A stretch of 64,000 nucleotides of DNA from an uncultured virus (IMG/VR IMGVR_UViG_3300025759_000001) (Duplodnaviria > Heunggongvirae > Uroviricota > Caudoviricetes > Crassvirales): IMG/VR virus record IMGVR_UViG_3300025759_000001; one strand, written 5' to 3'. Below the pieces are notes generated by a model, which was not told the DNA's origin, searched no databases, and saw only the letters and a program-made list of their open reading frames with translations. Within the stretch, counting starts at the first letter, position 1. Every line of letters begins with the position of its first letter. Shown here in pieces: positions 39,587 through 48,654 of this stretch. The position numbers and the translations under genes were made by a program.

Positions 39587-41932
39587 TATTGTACTGTTCT
39601 TTTCCCAACCTGCTTTTTCCATTGCTTTATTCCAGTTATCATCCAAAAATGGATCATCATGAAAATGGTTAATTGGGTCTTCTATTTTGTTATCTTCAAA
39701 CTTATCTATATACCTCTTTCTATCTTCTCTAAGAATCATAACCATATCCATGGCTGAGACTCTATCTGTATTGATGTCAGGATTCCATGCTATACACTCT
39801 TTAATGTATCCTATACTTCTTATTCTTCGTAGATTAGGCACGCTAATAAGGTCATTATCACCAGTTTCTTCATTAAAAACCTCAAGTTCGTACTGGGATA
39901 ACATCCATTGTCTTTGTAATGTTTTTCCAAGTTTGATGACTTCAGCAGTTGTTCTAGTACCTTTAGATCTATTTCCATATAGTGTTGTTTTGACTATTTC
40001 CATATCTCTTAATATCTCTGGGCTGTCTGCTAGTAAATGCAGAGCACTCTTATTGGAAAAGTAAGTAAATAATCCTTTGAGGTTGTTTTCGTAATTAGCC
40101 TGAGCATTATAGAATTGAGTTAACCTCAAGCATTGCTCATAAAATGTATCAGCTAATACTGGTCTACCTGTATATTCAGCAACTATCTTATCAGTCCATA
40201 AATCAAATACAAATACACTAGCAAGAGATCCACCAATAGTATAATCATTATCAATAGGGTCAATCCCAGCAATGTATCTGTTACCAAACACTCTGCCATC
40301 TCTATCTTTCTCTGGCATTGAGAATATCTCTACTGCTCCATCAGATGTAGCTCCTTTTACTTTATATGGAAACTCTCTAATTGGTATAAGATCCTGACTT
40401 AGTTCCCACTTAATTAATCCTTTCTCGTCATAGGTTAAATTACCAACCCAATGCTCATCAACGAATCCTTGTAATCTAGGAAGTATATCTTCTAAGTAAT
40501 CTCTTAAATCTGCAACAGGAAATGCTGTACCCTGTGTACGCATAATAGCTTCTTGTGGAGTAATAGGTTCCTCAGCTTTCTTCTGTACAATTGCATTAGG
40601 ATCACTTGAGCCATACTTTACAATTGCTCTAGCTTTATTGATCTCAATCATAGCGCCTATTACATCACTATTTCCATTCTTGTCATACTTACCCGTGTAG
40701 TTTAAATATGTTCCGAAGAAGAATGCACATTCACCTTTACCAAATGCATTTCTATCAAACACATTAGGCATTGAGTATATATTATGTCCTACTGAATTAT
40801 AGAAGATTTCTTCTAATCCTTCGAATGCTCCACCTTCAACACCACCGGTACCACCTGCCATCATAAATCCAAATGCATATCCAGATTCTTCTACTGATGG
40901 TCTAGCAATTCCCCAAGCTGTAAGGAAGTCATCAAATTTACCTGCTTCTTCCCAGAGTACTAATGCACCCCTTTTACCCCTTGCTTTCTGTGGATCATTC
41001 TTAAGTGTAACACCAATCACTTCATTTAAGACTCCTACTTCAGTACCAGTCTTTGTATCTTTGCGCCCCATCCTCCAGTGCATGTCATTTAGGGAATCCT
41101 TTAATGAGCGTATACGAGGAAATGGAGTATGAGAGGCGCAGAAATCAATAGTTCCAATAAACTTATTAAGTATACCATCCTTTGTTAAATACTCTTTCTC
41201 ATTTGCTATCGCGAATGATTTAACTTTTTTCTTTGCTTTAGTTGTATCACCAAGTATAAAATTCTTAGCCATCATATTAGATGCCTTTACTGAATATCCA
41301 CAACCCCTTCTTTTAAGGTTAGCTCCATGCATACCATGAGCTCTTGCAATCTCTACGTAATGATAGAACCAGTAATCTGCATCATACACATATGGAAATG
41401 CTTCCACCCTGTCACTTTGCTTTGTACCATCAATAACTTCTGCTCTTAATAAAGGCGCGTAGTTTAATTGAAAGTAATAATTACCTGGTATCCATTCACC
41501 ATCACTATGTCTTATATAACCTTCTCTACAACGTCTAGCTTCTTCGGCCCAGAACTTATAATACTCTGAGTTAGGATTCTGATTAGGAAACAGCTTAGTA
41601 TAAGTACCATGCTTCTCAAAAAATATAGCTGCAGGCCTAAAGTAATCCATATCCTCTAGGATATGTGGATTAGTAAGCTCAACTGCTATTCTTCCTTTAG
41701 GATCAAGAACTCTAGTCTTCATCTTAGGATCATCAGACTGTAATGGCAAGAGAGGGTTCTCCCATCTTTCTAGATCAATAAGTCTAGGTCTCTTTGGATC
41801 AGCTAAGTTTTGAATAAACTGAATTGCATCTATATCAGCTAAGAGGTCAGTTCTTTCTTCCCTCTTCATTCCGATCAATAACTCTTCAGTTAGTTCTGTT
41901 TGTAGTTCGTTAAATTCCCTCATTAGTATCAA
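39584..41932 (-). CDS. terL: Terminase large subunit
   Basis: LKRRGCGYS Walker A, LVLWEEAG Walker B, GGTGG, YIAGIDP nuclease motif, NTDRVSA; uninterrupted. Confidence 0.93.
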   Translation of the reverse strand: MILMREFNELQTELTEELLIGMKREERTDLLADIDAIQFIQNLADPKRPRLIDLERWENPLLPLQSDDPKMKTRVLDPKGRIAVELTNPHILEDMDYFRPAAIFFEKHGTYTKLFPNQNPNSEYYKFWAEEARRCREGYIRHSDGEWIPGNYYFQLNYAPLLRAEVIDGTKQSDRVEAFPYVYDADYWFYHYVEIARAHGMHGANLKRRGCGYSVKASNMMAKNFILGDTTKAKKKVKSFAIANEKEYLTKDGILNKFIGTIDFCASHTPFPRIRSLKDSLNDMHWRMGRKDTKTGTEVGVLNEVIGVTLKNDPQKARGKRGALVLWEEAGKFDDFLTAWGIARPSVEESGYAFGFMMAGGTGGVEGGAFEGLEEIFYNSVGHNIYSMPNVFDRNAFGKGECAFFFGTYLNYTGKYDKNGNSDVIGAMIEINKARAIVKYGSSDPNAIVQKKAEEPITPQEAIMRTQGTAFPVADLRDYLEDILPRLQGFVDEHWVGNLTYDEKGLIKWELSQDLIPIREFPYKVKGATSDGAVEIFSMPEKDRDGRVFGNRYIAGIDPIDNDYTIGGSLASVFVFDLWTDKIVAEYTGRPVLADTFYEQCLRLTQFYNAQANYENNLKGLFTYFSNKSALHLLADSPEILRDMEIVKTTLYGNRSKGTRTTAEVIKLGKTLQRQWMLSQYELEVFNEETGDNDLISVPNLRRIRSIGYIKECIAWNPDINTDRVSAMDMVMILREDRKRYIDKFEDNKIEDPINHFHDDPFLDDNWNKAMEKAGWEKNSTI

Positions 41933-42485
41933 ACATTCCTACAATCTTATTTCCAGACTGAGCTTTTAATTCTTTTTCTTTTATAATTTCTTTTTCTATA
42001 TCATTCAAAGCCTTAATAAGCTTTGGTATCTTCTCAACAGCACTAGTAATTTTTGTTATGTCATGAATAGGCTTCTGTGTTCTAGGATCACGCTCATTGA
42101 TATCAATAGCATCTAAAAATCCTGATATCTTTTCAATAACTCCGCGTGTGCTTTCTAATAACTTAGTACTGGTTGTCTCAGACAATCTCTTGTAATAAGC
42201 AATAGCTTCATCAATGTAAGATGGCTTTATCCAGTTCTCACCTAGATCTATATCTAAGCAAATCGAATCATGTCTCTCATCCTCATCAAGTATGTACATA
42301 TAGTTGGATCTTTCATCTGACATATAATACACATAAGACAGCTCTAAGGTTGCCTGAAATTTATCTTTAGACTTGTCGTTATCCCAAATCTCTCTAAATG
42401 GTTTAATCATAAGCGCTTGTGGCGCAAATGTAACCTGGTTGTTTACAATTTCAAATACATTCATTTCCTCTCTCTCTTTATACAT
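41910..42485 (-). CDS. Conserved protein overlapping TerL start (terminase small subunit candidate)
   Basis: Helical 191 aa (alternative start 42464), IWDNDKSKDK motif, position. Confidence 0.5.
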   Translation of the reverse strand: MYKEREEMNVFEIVNNQVTFAPQALMIKPFREIWDNDKSKDKFQATLELSYVYYMSDERSNYMYILDEDERHDSICLDIDLGENWIKPSYIDEAIAYYKRLSETTSTKLLESTRGVIEKISGFLDAIDINERDPRTQKPIHDITKITSAVEKIPKLIKALNDIEKEIIKEKELKAQSGNKIVGMFDTNEGI

Positions 42486-42583
42486 TGAGGTAACTAAGAA
42501 TTAACTCAATTACCTCTGTCCCATGGAATTTATGAGACCCTATGCAACCTTTACACCTTCACGCAATATTATGTAAATATATG

Positions 42584-42612
42584 AAAAAAAAGCCCTACTG
42601 TCAAGTAGAGCT
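42584..42612 (-). terminator. Rho-independent terminator
   Basis: AGCTCTAC-TTGACA-GTAGGGCT followed by a T-run. Confidence 0.7.
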
Positions 42613-42631
42613 ATCATCATCTTTTGTGATG

Positions 42632-42823
42632 TTATTTATTTTTCTTACTTCCAAAGAGGCTTTTCTCTACCTTTACCTCTGTTTTTTTTACCTTCTGAGG
42701 AACAATAACTATTGTATTTAATGAGTTAAAAAATTTCTCACCTTTTACAATTGCGCTTCTTACAACTATATCTTGAGGAAGTTCCTTTAAGATATCTAAT
42801 ACTTCTTTTACCTTGTCTTTCAT
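42632..42823 (-). CDS. Hypothetical basic protein
   Basis: 63-aa ORF coupled to the upstream gene. Confidence 0.5.
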   Translation of the reverse strand: MKDKVKEVLDILKELPQDIVVRSAIVKGEKFFNSLNTIVIVPQKVKKTEVKVEKSLFGSKKNK

Positions 42824-43383
42824 GTTTGCTTGTTTGAATTTATTATGTAATCTATGTCTCTCTCTGAGACTTTTATGTAATCTATATTGTTTATATTAAC
42901 TATTGGCATATCATAAGTGTAATTAGCTTTTACCCTATCCCTCATGTCTTCATCAACTCTTTTCTTGAAGTTCTCAATATTAATTTTAACCTCCATTCCT
43001 TTTTCAATTTGCTGACATTGTGGCCCTATTGCCATTACTTTTTGAGCAACTGAGAAGTCTTGTTCCAAATCTGTACTACCTTCAGCACCAAAAGATGCTG
43101 TCGGTAAGTATAGACCTGACTCGTTGGTTAGTTTGTTTCTTCTAGCTGTTAAAAACATTGTATTGAACATTGGCTCAATCCCAATTGGCAAAGGATGATC
43201 TTTAAGAGAATCTTTATACAATAACTCTTTAACCTCAGCTTCAGCTCCTAAAATTTCAGTAGCATTATCGACTAATCCCTTAGATCCTCTATTAATCTTA
43301 TCACGAGTAGTAAAAAATTCCTTATGTACTGCTTGTGACTCAGCTACTTGTTTTTGTATTTTAACATCCTTCTTAACATTCAT
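42820..43383 (-). CDS. GroES-like co-chaperonin with N-terminal extension
   Basis: IEPMFNTMFL, TNESGLYLP mobile-loop-like motif, KVMAIGP...IEKGMEV, YIKVSERDIDYII. Confidence 0.7.
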   Translation of the reverse strand: MNVKKDVKIQKQVAESQAVHKEFFTTRDKINRGSKGLVDNATEILGAEAEVKELLYKDSLKDHPLPIGIEPMFNTMFLTARRNKLTNESGLYLPTASFGAEGSTDLEQDFSVAQKVMAIGPQCQQIEKGMEVKINIENFKKRVDEDMRDRVKANYTYDMPIVNINNIDYIKVSERDIDYIINSNKQT

Positions 43384-43571
43384 TATTTTACTGGTTTAGA
43401 TATCTTAGCATCGTTTTTTTCACTAGCTGCTTTTAATGCAGTTTCTGCATTCTTATTCTGTTCAACTATTTTTCCTAGTGCATCTAGCTCTCTTAAGATG
43501 ATTGATATTTCCTCTAATGTATAGACTCCCTCTCTAACTGCTTTGTCTATTGCTGTAATAAGTGTTTTCAT
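43383..43571 (-). CDS. Hypothetical protein
   Basis: 62 aa, translationally coupled to the GroES-like gene. Confidence 0.55.
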   Translation of the reverse strand: MKTLITAIDKAVREGVYTLEEISIILRELDALGKIVEQNKNAETALKAASEKNDAKISKPVK

Positions 43572-43622
43572 AAAATTTGTTTTTAATTTATTTGTAAATA
43601 TAATAATTAATTTCTTTAATTC

Positions 43623-43889
43623 CTAATCTTTATTCTTTTTTTTATTTTCTTGTATCCTGTCGTATAGGAAGTAACTAGCATATAGTTTTCCTAATGCAGG
43701 AAATGTAAAGTTTGTTTTAAGCTCTTTAAACTCTTCGCGCGTTAAGTCATCAGGTATATTAAGATTCCTATTTGCAACTCTAACGAATTCAAATTGACTA
43801 TTCTTTATATCCCTAACTTCCTGCACTGTAAGTCCGTATTTCTCAGCTAATTCTTTTAACTTTAAAAGATCTGATTTATTTTCCCTCAT
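43623..43889 (-). CDS. HU/IHF-like small DNA-binding protein
   Basis: LKELAEKYGLTVQEV...SQFEFV...FPALGKLY. Confidence 0.6.
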   Translation of the reverse strand: MRENKSDLLKLKELAEKYGLTVQEVRDIKNSQFEFVRVANRNLNIPDDLTREEFKELKTNFTFPALGKLYASYFLYDRIQENKKKNKD

Positions 43890-44259
43890 CTATTTCAAAA
43901 TTGAATATCAATTTAAACCCATCTTCAGTCATGTTAGGTATCAATACTGGGTTAATAACATTTCCATTCATTATAACCCCCTTCTTTCTTAAAGAAGTTA
44001 ATAGATTGTTAAATACCTTTTGACTCATGCCTCCAAGATCATCTCTTATCTGGTTTCTAGTATCAGTAGCAAAGAGCAGCTTACTTACCAAGTCTTTATT
44101 ATTTACTTCTCTTGACAATTCATACCTGTAATACAATAGAAGCGCAAGTGCATCAATTTCCTTTTGTCTTAACTTATGATAAGGCTTAAGGAATTCTAGC
44201 CAGTATTTAAATATCTCCCTTTTTGAGGTCTTTATTCTTTTTACATTTATATTGTTCAT
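43876..44259 (-). CDS. Winged-helix protein (crAss RepL-like)
   Basis: LRQKEIDALALL...IRDDLGGMSQKVFNNLLTSLRKKGVI. Confidence 0.6.
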   Translation of the reverse strand: MNNINVKRIKTSKREIFKYWLEFLKPYHKLRQKEIDALALLLYYRYELSREVNNKDLVSKLLFATDTRNQIRDDLGGMSQKVFNNLLTSLRKKGVIMNGNVINPVLIPNMTEDGFKLIFNFEIDEGK

Positions 44260-44491
44260 TCATTTCTATTTGTATGCTCAAAGTAACTTCAGGACTGTCA
44301 TCAGTTCCAGAGTACTTCATAGATACAACGTACCTATTTTCTACCTTGTTAATTGCATTTATTACCTTGTATATTCTATCTGCCTTATCCTCCAAATACT
44401 CCATGTCTGTTGAGACATAATCATATTTTAATATTCCATCACTATCCCATTGGTTTAGTTCTATAAGCTCTTTCATGTTATTATTTTTCAT
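44207..44491 (-). CDS. Hypothetical protein
   Basis: 94-aa ORF within the operon. Confidence 0.5.
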   Translation of the reverse strand: MKNNNMKELIELNQWDSDGILKYDYVSTDMEYLEDKADRIYKVINAINKVENRYVVSMKYSGTDDSPEVTLSIQIEMNEQYKCKKNKDLKKGDI

Positions 44492-44849
44492 CTAAAAATT
44501 TCTTTCCATATCTTTCCTCATACATGTCTTCCCATTCAGTAATATGAGTATTATCTAAGTCTGTGTTACCACAATCCACACAGTAAGGCACAATGGCTTT
44601 ATCTTTACTGCTTATTGCTCCATCCTTGGGAAATGAAACTTCTTTAATGTGTAATTTTAAGCATGTCTTACAGTACGTTACTGGGACATTATTGTAATCT
44701 TGTTTTTTAGTTATCATATTTAATAATTTTAAATCATTTATAATGTCAGTATCGTATACTGGAAATGGTGCCATCATATTGGCGTGCTCTCTTCTTTTAA
44801 TTTCTTTGGTTAATTCTTTTTTATCCATAATTATAATTTTATAGCACAT
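44481..44849 (-). CDS. Zn-finger protein conserved in crAss-like phages
   Basis: YNNVPVTYCKTC...YCVDCG...EWEDMY. Confidence 0.65.
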   Translation of the reverse strand: MCYKIIIMDKKELTKEIKRREHANMMAPFPVYDTDIINDLKLLNMITKKQDYNNVPVTYCKTCLKLHIKEVSFPKDGAISSKDKAIVPYCVDCGNTDLDNTHITEWEDMYEERYGKKFLDEK

Positions 44850-46393
44850 CCAGTCGTAAGGATTGTCCCAGCAACTGATGCAGCATTCTCGAGCGCTACT
44901 CTAGTTACTTTCTTAGGATCAATAATACCCATATGCGTCATATTTACATACTTACCATCTTTAGCATCATATCCATTAACTGTTGCATGTATGTTGTTCT
45001 TTATGTTGCTAATAATAACATCGCCACTAACTCCAGCGTTCTCACATATTGTGATTATCGGAGCTTTGCAAGCTTCTTTAAGAAGGTTAATTCCTTTTTG
45101 CTCTGTCTCATGTCTAACATCTTCAATATGATCAATAGCATTAAGCAAAGCAATTCCTCCGCCTGGTACAACACCTTCTTCTAGCGCAGATATCACAGCT
45201 TCTTTTGCATCAATAACTCGATCCATCTTTTCTTTCATTTCTACCTCAGAATTACCTCCAACATAGATTACAGCAATGCCACCAGAAAGTTTTGCTATTC
45301 TATTTTCTAATTGTTTCTTATTGAACTCTGATTTTTCTATTTTGATTTTATCATTTAACTCAGAGACTCTATTTTTGATATCCATCTCTATCCCTTTAGC
45401 TCCAACTATTACAGTACTGTGTTGAGTCACGTTAACTGTATCTGCTTGACCTAAATATGATCCATCAAATTGATCTATGAATTCAGACTTACAAACTATT
45501 GCTCCAGTTTGATATGCCATGTCTTGTAGTATTTCTGCTCTCTGACTACCAAAGCCTGGTGTCTTGACAGCAACAACTTGCACTCCTCCTCGTGTCTTGT
45601 TCATCACCAATGTTGCAAGTGCTTGTCCTTCTATGTCTTCCGCTATTATTAGTAGCGGTCTTCCTGTCTTGGTTACGGCTTCCAGTGTAGGCATAACATC
45701 ATCAACAGCATTTAACTTCCCATCGACCAACATAATATATGGGTCTTTGTAAGTCACTTCCATTGCCTCTGGATTAGTAGAAAAGTAAGGAGAAGTCATT
45801 CCTCTATCGAATTGCATTCCATCAACTACTTCTATGTAAGTATCTTGGCCTTGTCCTTCTTCCACAGAAACTCCACCTTCTTTACCTACTTTCCCAAAGG
45901 CTTCAGCAACTAACTCACCAATGGCTTCATTGTTGTTTGCAGAGATTGTAGCAATTTGTTTAATCATTTCTGAATCTGTATCAACAGGTATAGAAATTGA
46001 ATTGATATATTCAACTGCCTGCTTGACCCCGAAATCTATCCCCTGCTTTAATTCATTAGGATCATATCCAGCCTCTACAAGCTTTAATCCATATTTCATT
46101 ATACACTGCGCTATTACAGTAGCGGTTGTAGTACCATCACCTGATCCTTGTTCTGCTTGCTCAGCAACGTCTTGAATAAGCTGTGCACCCATGCTTTCAA
46201 ACCTGTCAACAAGAGTTATACTCTTAGCAACTGTTACCCCATCTTTAGTTATTATTGGCAGGAAGTCTACTCCTCTATCAATGATAACATTCTTTCCTTT
46301 GGGCCCCAAAGTAATCTTTACTGCATTTGCCAAAGCATCAACACCTTTCTTGATGCTTTGTCTTGCCTCTGTTTCATATTTAATATTCTCCAT
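44831..46393 (-). CDS. groEL: Chaperonin GroEL (phage-encoded)
   Basis: TLGPKGKNV, ITKDGVTVAK, GDGTTTA, GMQFDRG, LLIIAED, RIAKLSGG, VVPGGG, IIDPKKV; lacks the C-terminal GGM tail. Confidence 0.96.
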   Translation of the reverse strand: MENIKYETEARQSIKKGVDALANAVKITLGPKGKNVIIDRGVDFLPIITKDGVTVAKSITLVDRFESMGAQLIQDVAEQAEQGSGDGTTTATVIAQCIMKYGLKLVEAGYDPNELKQGIDFGVKQAVEYINSISIPVDTDSEMIKQIATISANNNEAIGELVAEAFGKVGKEGGVSVEEGQGQDTYIEVVDGMQFDRGMTSPYFSTNPEAMEVTYKDPYIMLVDGKLNAVDDVMPTLEAVTKTGRPLLIIAEDIEGQALATLVMNKTRGGVQVVAVKTPGFGSQRAEILQDMAYQTGAIVCKSEFIDQFDGSYLGQADTVNVTQHSTVIVGAKGIEMDIKNRVSELNDKIKIEKSEFNKKQLENRIAKLSGGIAVIYVGGNSEVEMKEKMDRVIDAKEAVISALEEGVVPGGGIALLNAIDHIEDVRHETEQKGINLLKEACKAPIITICENAGVSGDVIISNIKNNIHATVNGYDAKDGKYVNMTHMGIIDPKKVTRVALENAASVAGTILTTGCAIKL

Positions 46394-46601
46394 CTTGTAT
46401 TCTATCTTCTAGTTCGTTAATTGATGAGACCTTTCCTTTTGAGGTCTCTTCATCGTTAATTTCAATTTTATATCTTCCGGTATTTAAGTTTATTGTTAGT
46501 TCTATTATATCTGTTTCATTAGATATATAGAATATACTATTTCCTCTCTTAATCTTATAAGGCATAAAGCCTAACTCTACTATCTCCTCTGCTGTTACCA
46601 T
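46380..46601 (-). CDS. Hypothetical protein
   Basis: 73-aa ORF overlapping both neighbours. Confidence 0.55.
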   Translation of the reverse strand: MVTAEEIVELGFMPYKIKRGNSIFYISNETDIIELTINLNTGRYKIEINDEETSKGKVSSINELEDRIQDGEY

Positions 46602-46813
46602 TTATCTACTGGGCATTTACAATCCTCACACTTAGTCTTAGCTGTCAATACACAACCACACTTTCTACATCTTCCTAGTTCAGTCTTAAACTCACAAGCT
46701 TGACATATAGCCATTCTGTTAGAGAATAACTTACTTTGTTTCTTAGTGAGTAATCCTAGCTTATCTTTAGCTAAGTTTCCATACCCATTTGCTATGTCAT
46801 CTAACTTAGACAT
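46595..46813 (-). CDS. Small Cys-rich protein
   Basis: RMAICQAC...CRKCGC...KCPVDKW. Confidence 0.7.
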   Translation of the reverse strand: MSKLDDIANGYGNLAKDKLGLLTKKQSKLFSNRMAICQACEFKTELGRCRKCGCVLTAKTKCEDCKCPVDKW

Positions 46814-47045
46814 AATAATCTACTAATTCAAATGAGATCCTCATGTCTTTAACTAAAAATAATGACTCATTTTGTATATCAACAGAATCTACTGCTGTGT
46901 TCCTCTCTAAAAAGAGAACAACCTCATTTAGTGCGTGTGGTTGGATAATAAAAGTAATACTAGTCTCTCCTCTATCCTTTGCATTCCACAATGCCTCTTC
47001 TATCTTGTCTCCGATGTTACTCGTCTGAACTATTCCTACTCTCAT
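46806..47045 (-). CDS. Hypothetical protein
   Basis: 79-aa ORF within the operon. Confidence 0.5.
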   Translation of the reverse strand: MRVGIVQTSNIGDKIEEALWNAKDRGETSITFIIQPHALNEVVLFLERNTAVDSVDIQNESLFLVKDMRISFELVDYYV

Positions 47046-47307
47046 CTAATGTTTCTTTTGTTCCTTGCATTATTGCATTAGCTAATTTGGTTACAGCTGT
47101 TGCAACTTCATCATCCTTAATCACCCCATGATTTAACTTACTTTGCAGTACTTGTTGCAAGAATCTTCTTTGAGTACTACTCAATGAAGAAGCTTTGTGT
47201 GCAATCAATGCATAGTTAGCTAATATTGTCTCATTATCCATGTCTAAGACACGTCTTAGTGATGGTTTGATGCTTAATGATAAGCTTTTTCTTTTATTTT
47301 TCATCAT
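47017..47307 (-). CDS. Hypothetical protein
   Basis: 96 aa; first gene of the GroEL operon; TACTTTTA element 4 nt upstream of the ATG. Confidence 0.55.
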   Translation of the reverse strand: MMKNKRKSLSLSIKPSLRRVLDMDNETILANYALIAHKASSLSSTQRRFLQQVLQSKLNHGVIKDDEVATAVTKLANAIMQGTKETLDESRNSSDE

Positions 47308-47351
47308 TTACTAAAAGTACAAAATATAAATCACACTTCCTAATTAAAACT

Positions 47352-47380
47352 AAAAAATCCCCACATTTCTGTGAGGATCT
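47352..47380 (-). terminator. Rho-independent terminator
   Basis: ATCCTCACA-GAAA-TGTGGGGAT followed by a T-run. Confidence 0.75.
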
Positions 47381-47400
47381 TAATAATAGATTTAAACAAT

Positions 47401-47610
47401 TTATAGCTTGACACCCTTAACGTAGTCAACAATAGCTTTAAAATTCTTAAAAATGAATGCACCAATTAGACCTGCGCCTATATGTGGCCACCCCAATAGC
47501 GCCCATACTCCAACACCACCAGCTAATAGGCCTACGCCATAAAATCCTAGTCCTGTGAAGAAGTTCACTACAACATTAACAACATTTTTAATCTCATTTA
47601 CAATTTCCAT
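47401..47610 (-). CDS. Small Gly-rich membrane protein
   Basis: 69 aa with two hydrophobic GxxxG segments; lies between the structured element and the terminator. Confidence 0.65.
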   Translation of the reverse strand: MEIVNEIKNVVNVVVNFFTGLGFYGVGLLAGGVGVWALLGWPHIGAGLIGAFIFKNFKAIVDYVKGVKL

Positions 47611-47640
47611 AATATATATATATTCTAGTTTTAATTATTA

Positions 47641-47915
47641 GATAGAAAAATCCCTTGGACACGTTGGTATATCGTAACCTGGAGCAGTTTTCTTTACAAT
47701 TTCAATAGAGCAGTGTTACTTGTGCCCAGGACTGATAACATTTGTTAATTCAAAAGGATCCTACTTGTTCCGTATCCAGTCCAACTCTATTATTATATGT
47801 AAAAGGTTTCCAACGAGTTACTATCCTTTGAACCTCAGTTACACGCCTACGCCCTATAATATTCTTAACTTATTAGCTTTAGGCTGATGTAATTCTAACA
47901 CCAGATAGTTTTATT
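47641..47915 (-). ncRNA. Candidate highly structured ncRNA or 5' leader
   Basis: No long ORF; consensus TATGTTTG at 47920-47927 upstream; eight complementary segment pairs, some crossing (see findings). Confidence 0.5.
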
Positions 47916-47959
47916 TATGCAAACATACGATATAAAAACAGTAATTCCAAATATAAGTG

Positions 47960-48142
47960 TCACAAACTTTTGTTATATAAGTCCTCTTTTATTTTCTTTT
48001 CCAAAAGCTTTAATCTATGAACCTCATCTCTATAAGCCATACTTGCTCTACGGGATAGTTCTTTCCACTTAGTTAAGTCACCAGCTTCTTTGGCTTCTTG
48101 CATTTGTTCATTAAAACTTCTCTCAGATTTTTTATTTAGCAT
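47960..48142 (-). CDS. Hypothetical protein
   Basis: 60 aa, helical and charged; TATCTTTA element upstream. Confidence 0.5.
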   Translation of the reverse strand: MLNKKSERSFNEQMQEAKEAGDLTKWKELSRRASMAYRDEVHRLKLLEKKIKEDLYNKSL

Positions 48143-48198
48143 TATTTTTCGTATATTTACTAAAGATACAAAATATAAATGTTAAAAACAATATAAAA

Positions 48199-48435
48199 AT
48201 GGATTTAGATAAAGAATTTAAAAAATTAAATTACGCATTAGATAGTTACGCGTGTAAGCATCATGCTGATTATGAGGAAAATGTAAATGAAGGAAGTGTT
48301 ACTCTTTTGCTATTGGACTCAGGAGAGATGCCAATACTGACCCACAAGGCTGTTTACGGAGAAAACTTTGAATCAGATATTACGGGCTTCAAAAAACAAG
48401 CGATTAAATTTTGTAGCCATGTCAAAGTTTCTTAA
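48199..48435 (+). CDS. Hypothetical protein
   Basis: 78 aa; A-rich leader; TATATTTA at 48152-48159. Confidence 0.55.
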   Translation: MDLDKEFKKLNYALDSYACKHHADYEENVNEGSVTLLLLDSGEMPILTHKAVYGENFESDITGFKKQAIKFCSHVKVS

Positions 48436-48631
48436 AAAGAAAGAATGTAAATTTGATCACACTAAATTTTATAGATTTGTTTACAATGAAATAAGCATAC
48501 TAGTTGAAAAGGAAGTGTTTAAAAAATTTGACTATGAAACAGATAAAGCTCTGATGTTTAGTGGGGGTTCCAAACCTAGTGAGAGTTATAGACTTGAGAT
48601 ATTCGACATAACAAAGCCTACTGAGAAGTAG
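48419..48631 (+). CDS. Hypothetical protein
   Basis: Likely start MSKFLK at 48419; followed by a terminator. Confidence 0.5.
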   Translation: MSKFLKKKECKFDHTKFYRFVYNEISILVEKEVFKKFDYETDKALMFSGGSKPSESYRLEIFDITKPTEK

Positions 48632-48639
48632 GCTTTTTT
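48613..48639 (+). terminator. Terminator between convergent genes (possibly bidirectional)
   Basis: AAAGCCTAC-TGAGAA-GTAGGCTTT plus a T-run. Confidence 0.7.
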
Positions 48640-48654
48640 AAGTTTAATTTCTTT

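Noticed and set aside
14632..41932. Introns, inteins or homing endonucleases in TerL, portal or MCP
   Set aside because: The ORFs are continuous and of expected size, with no intein termini or HNH/LAGLIDADG motifs seen.
80..47028. Many short plus-strand ORFs in the track across the late arm (e.g. 6590..7276, 18076..18504, 39687..40064) and minus-strand ORFs after 50000
   Set aside because: Antisense shadows of long, well-supported genes, with no recognisable motifs.
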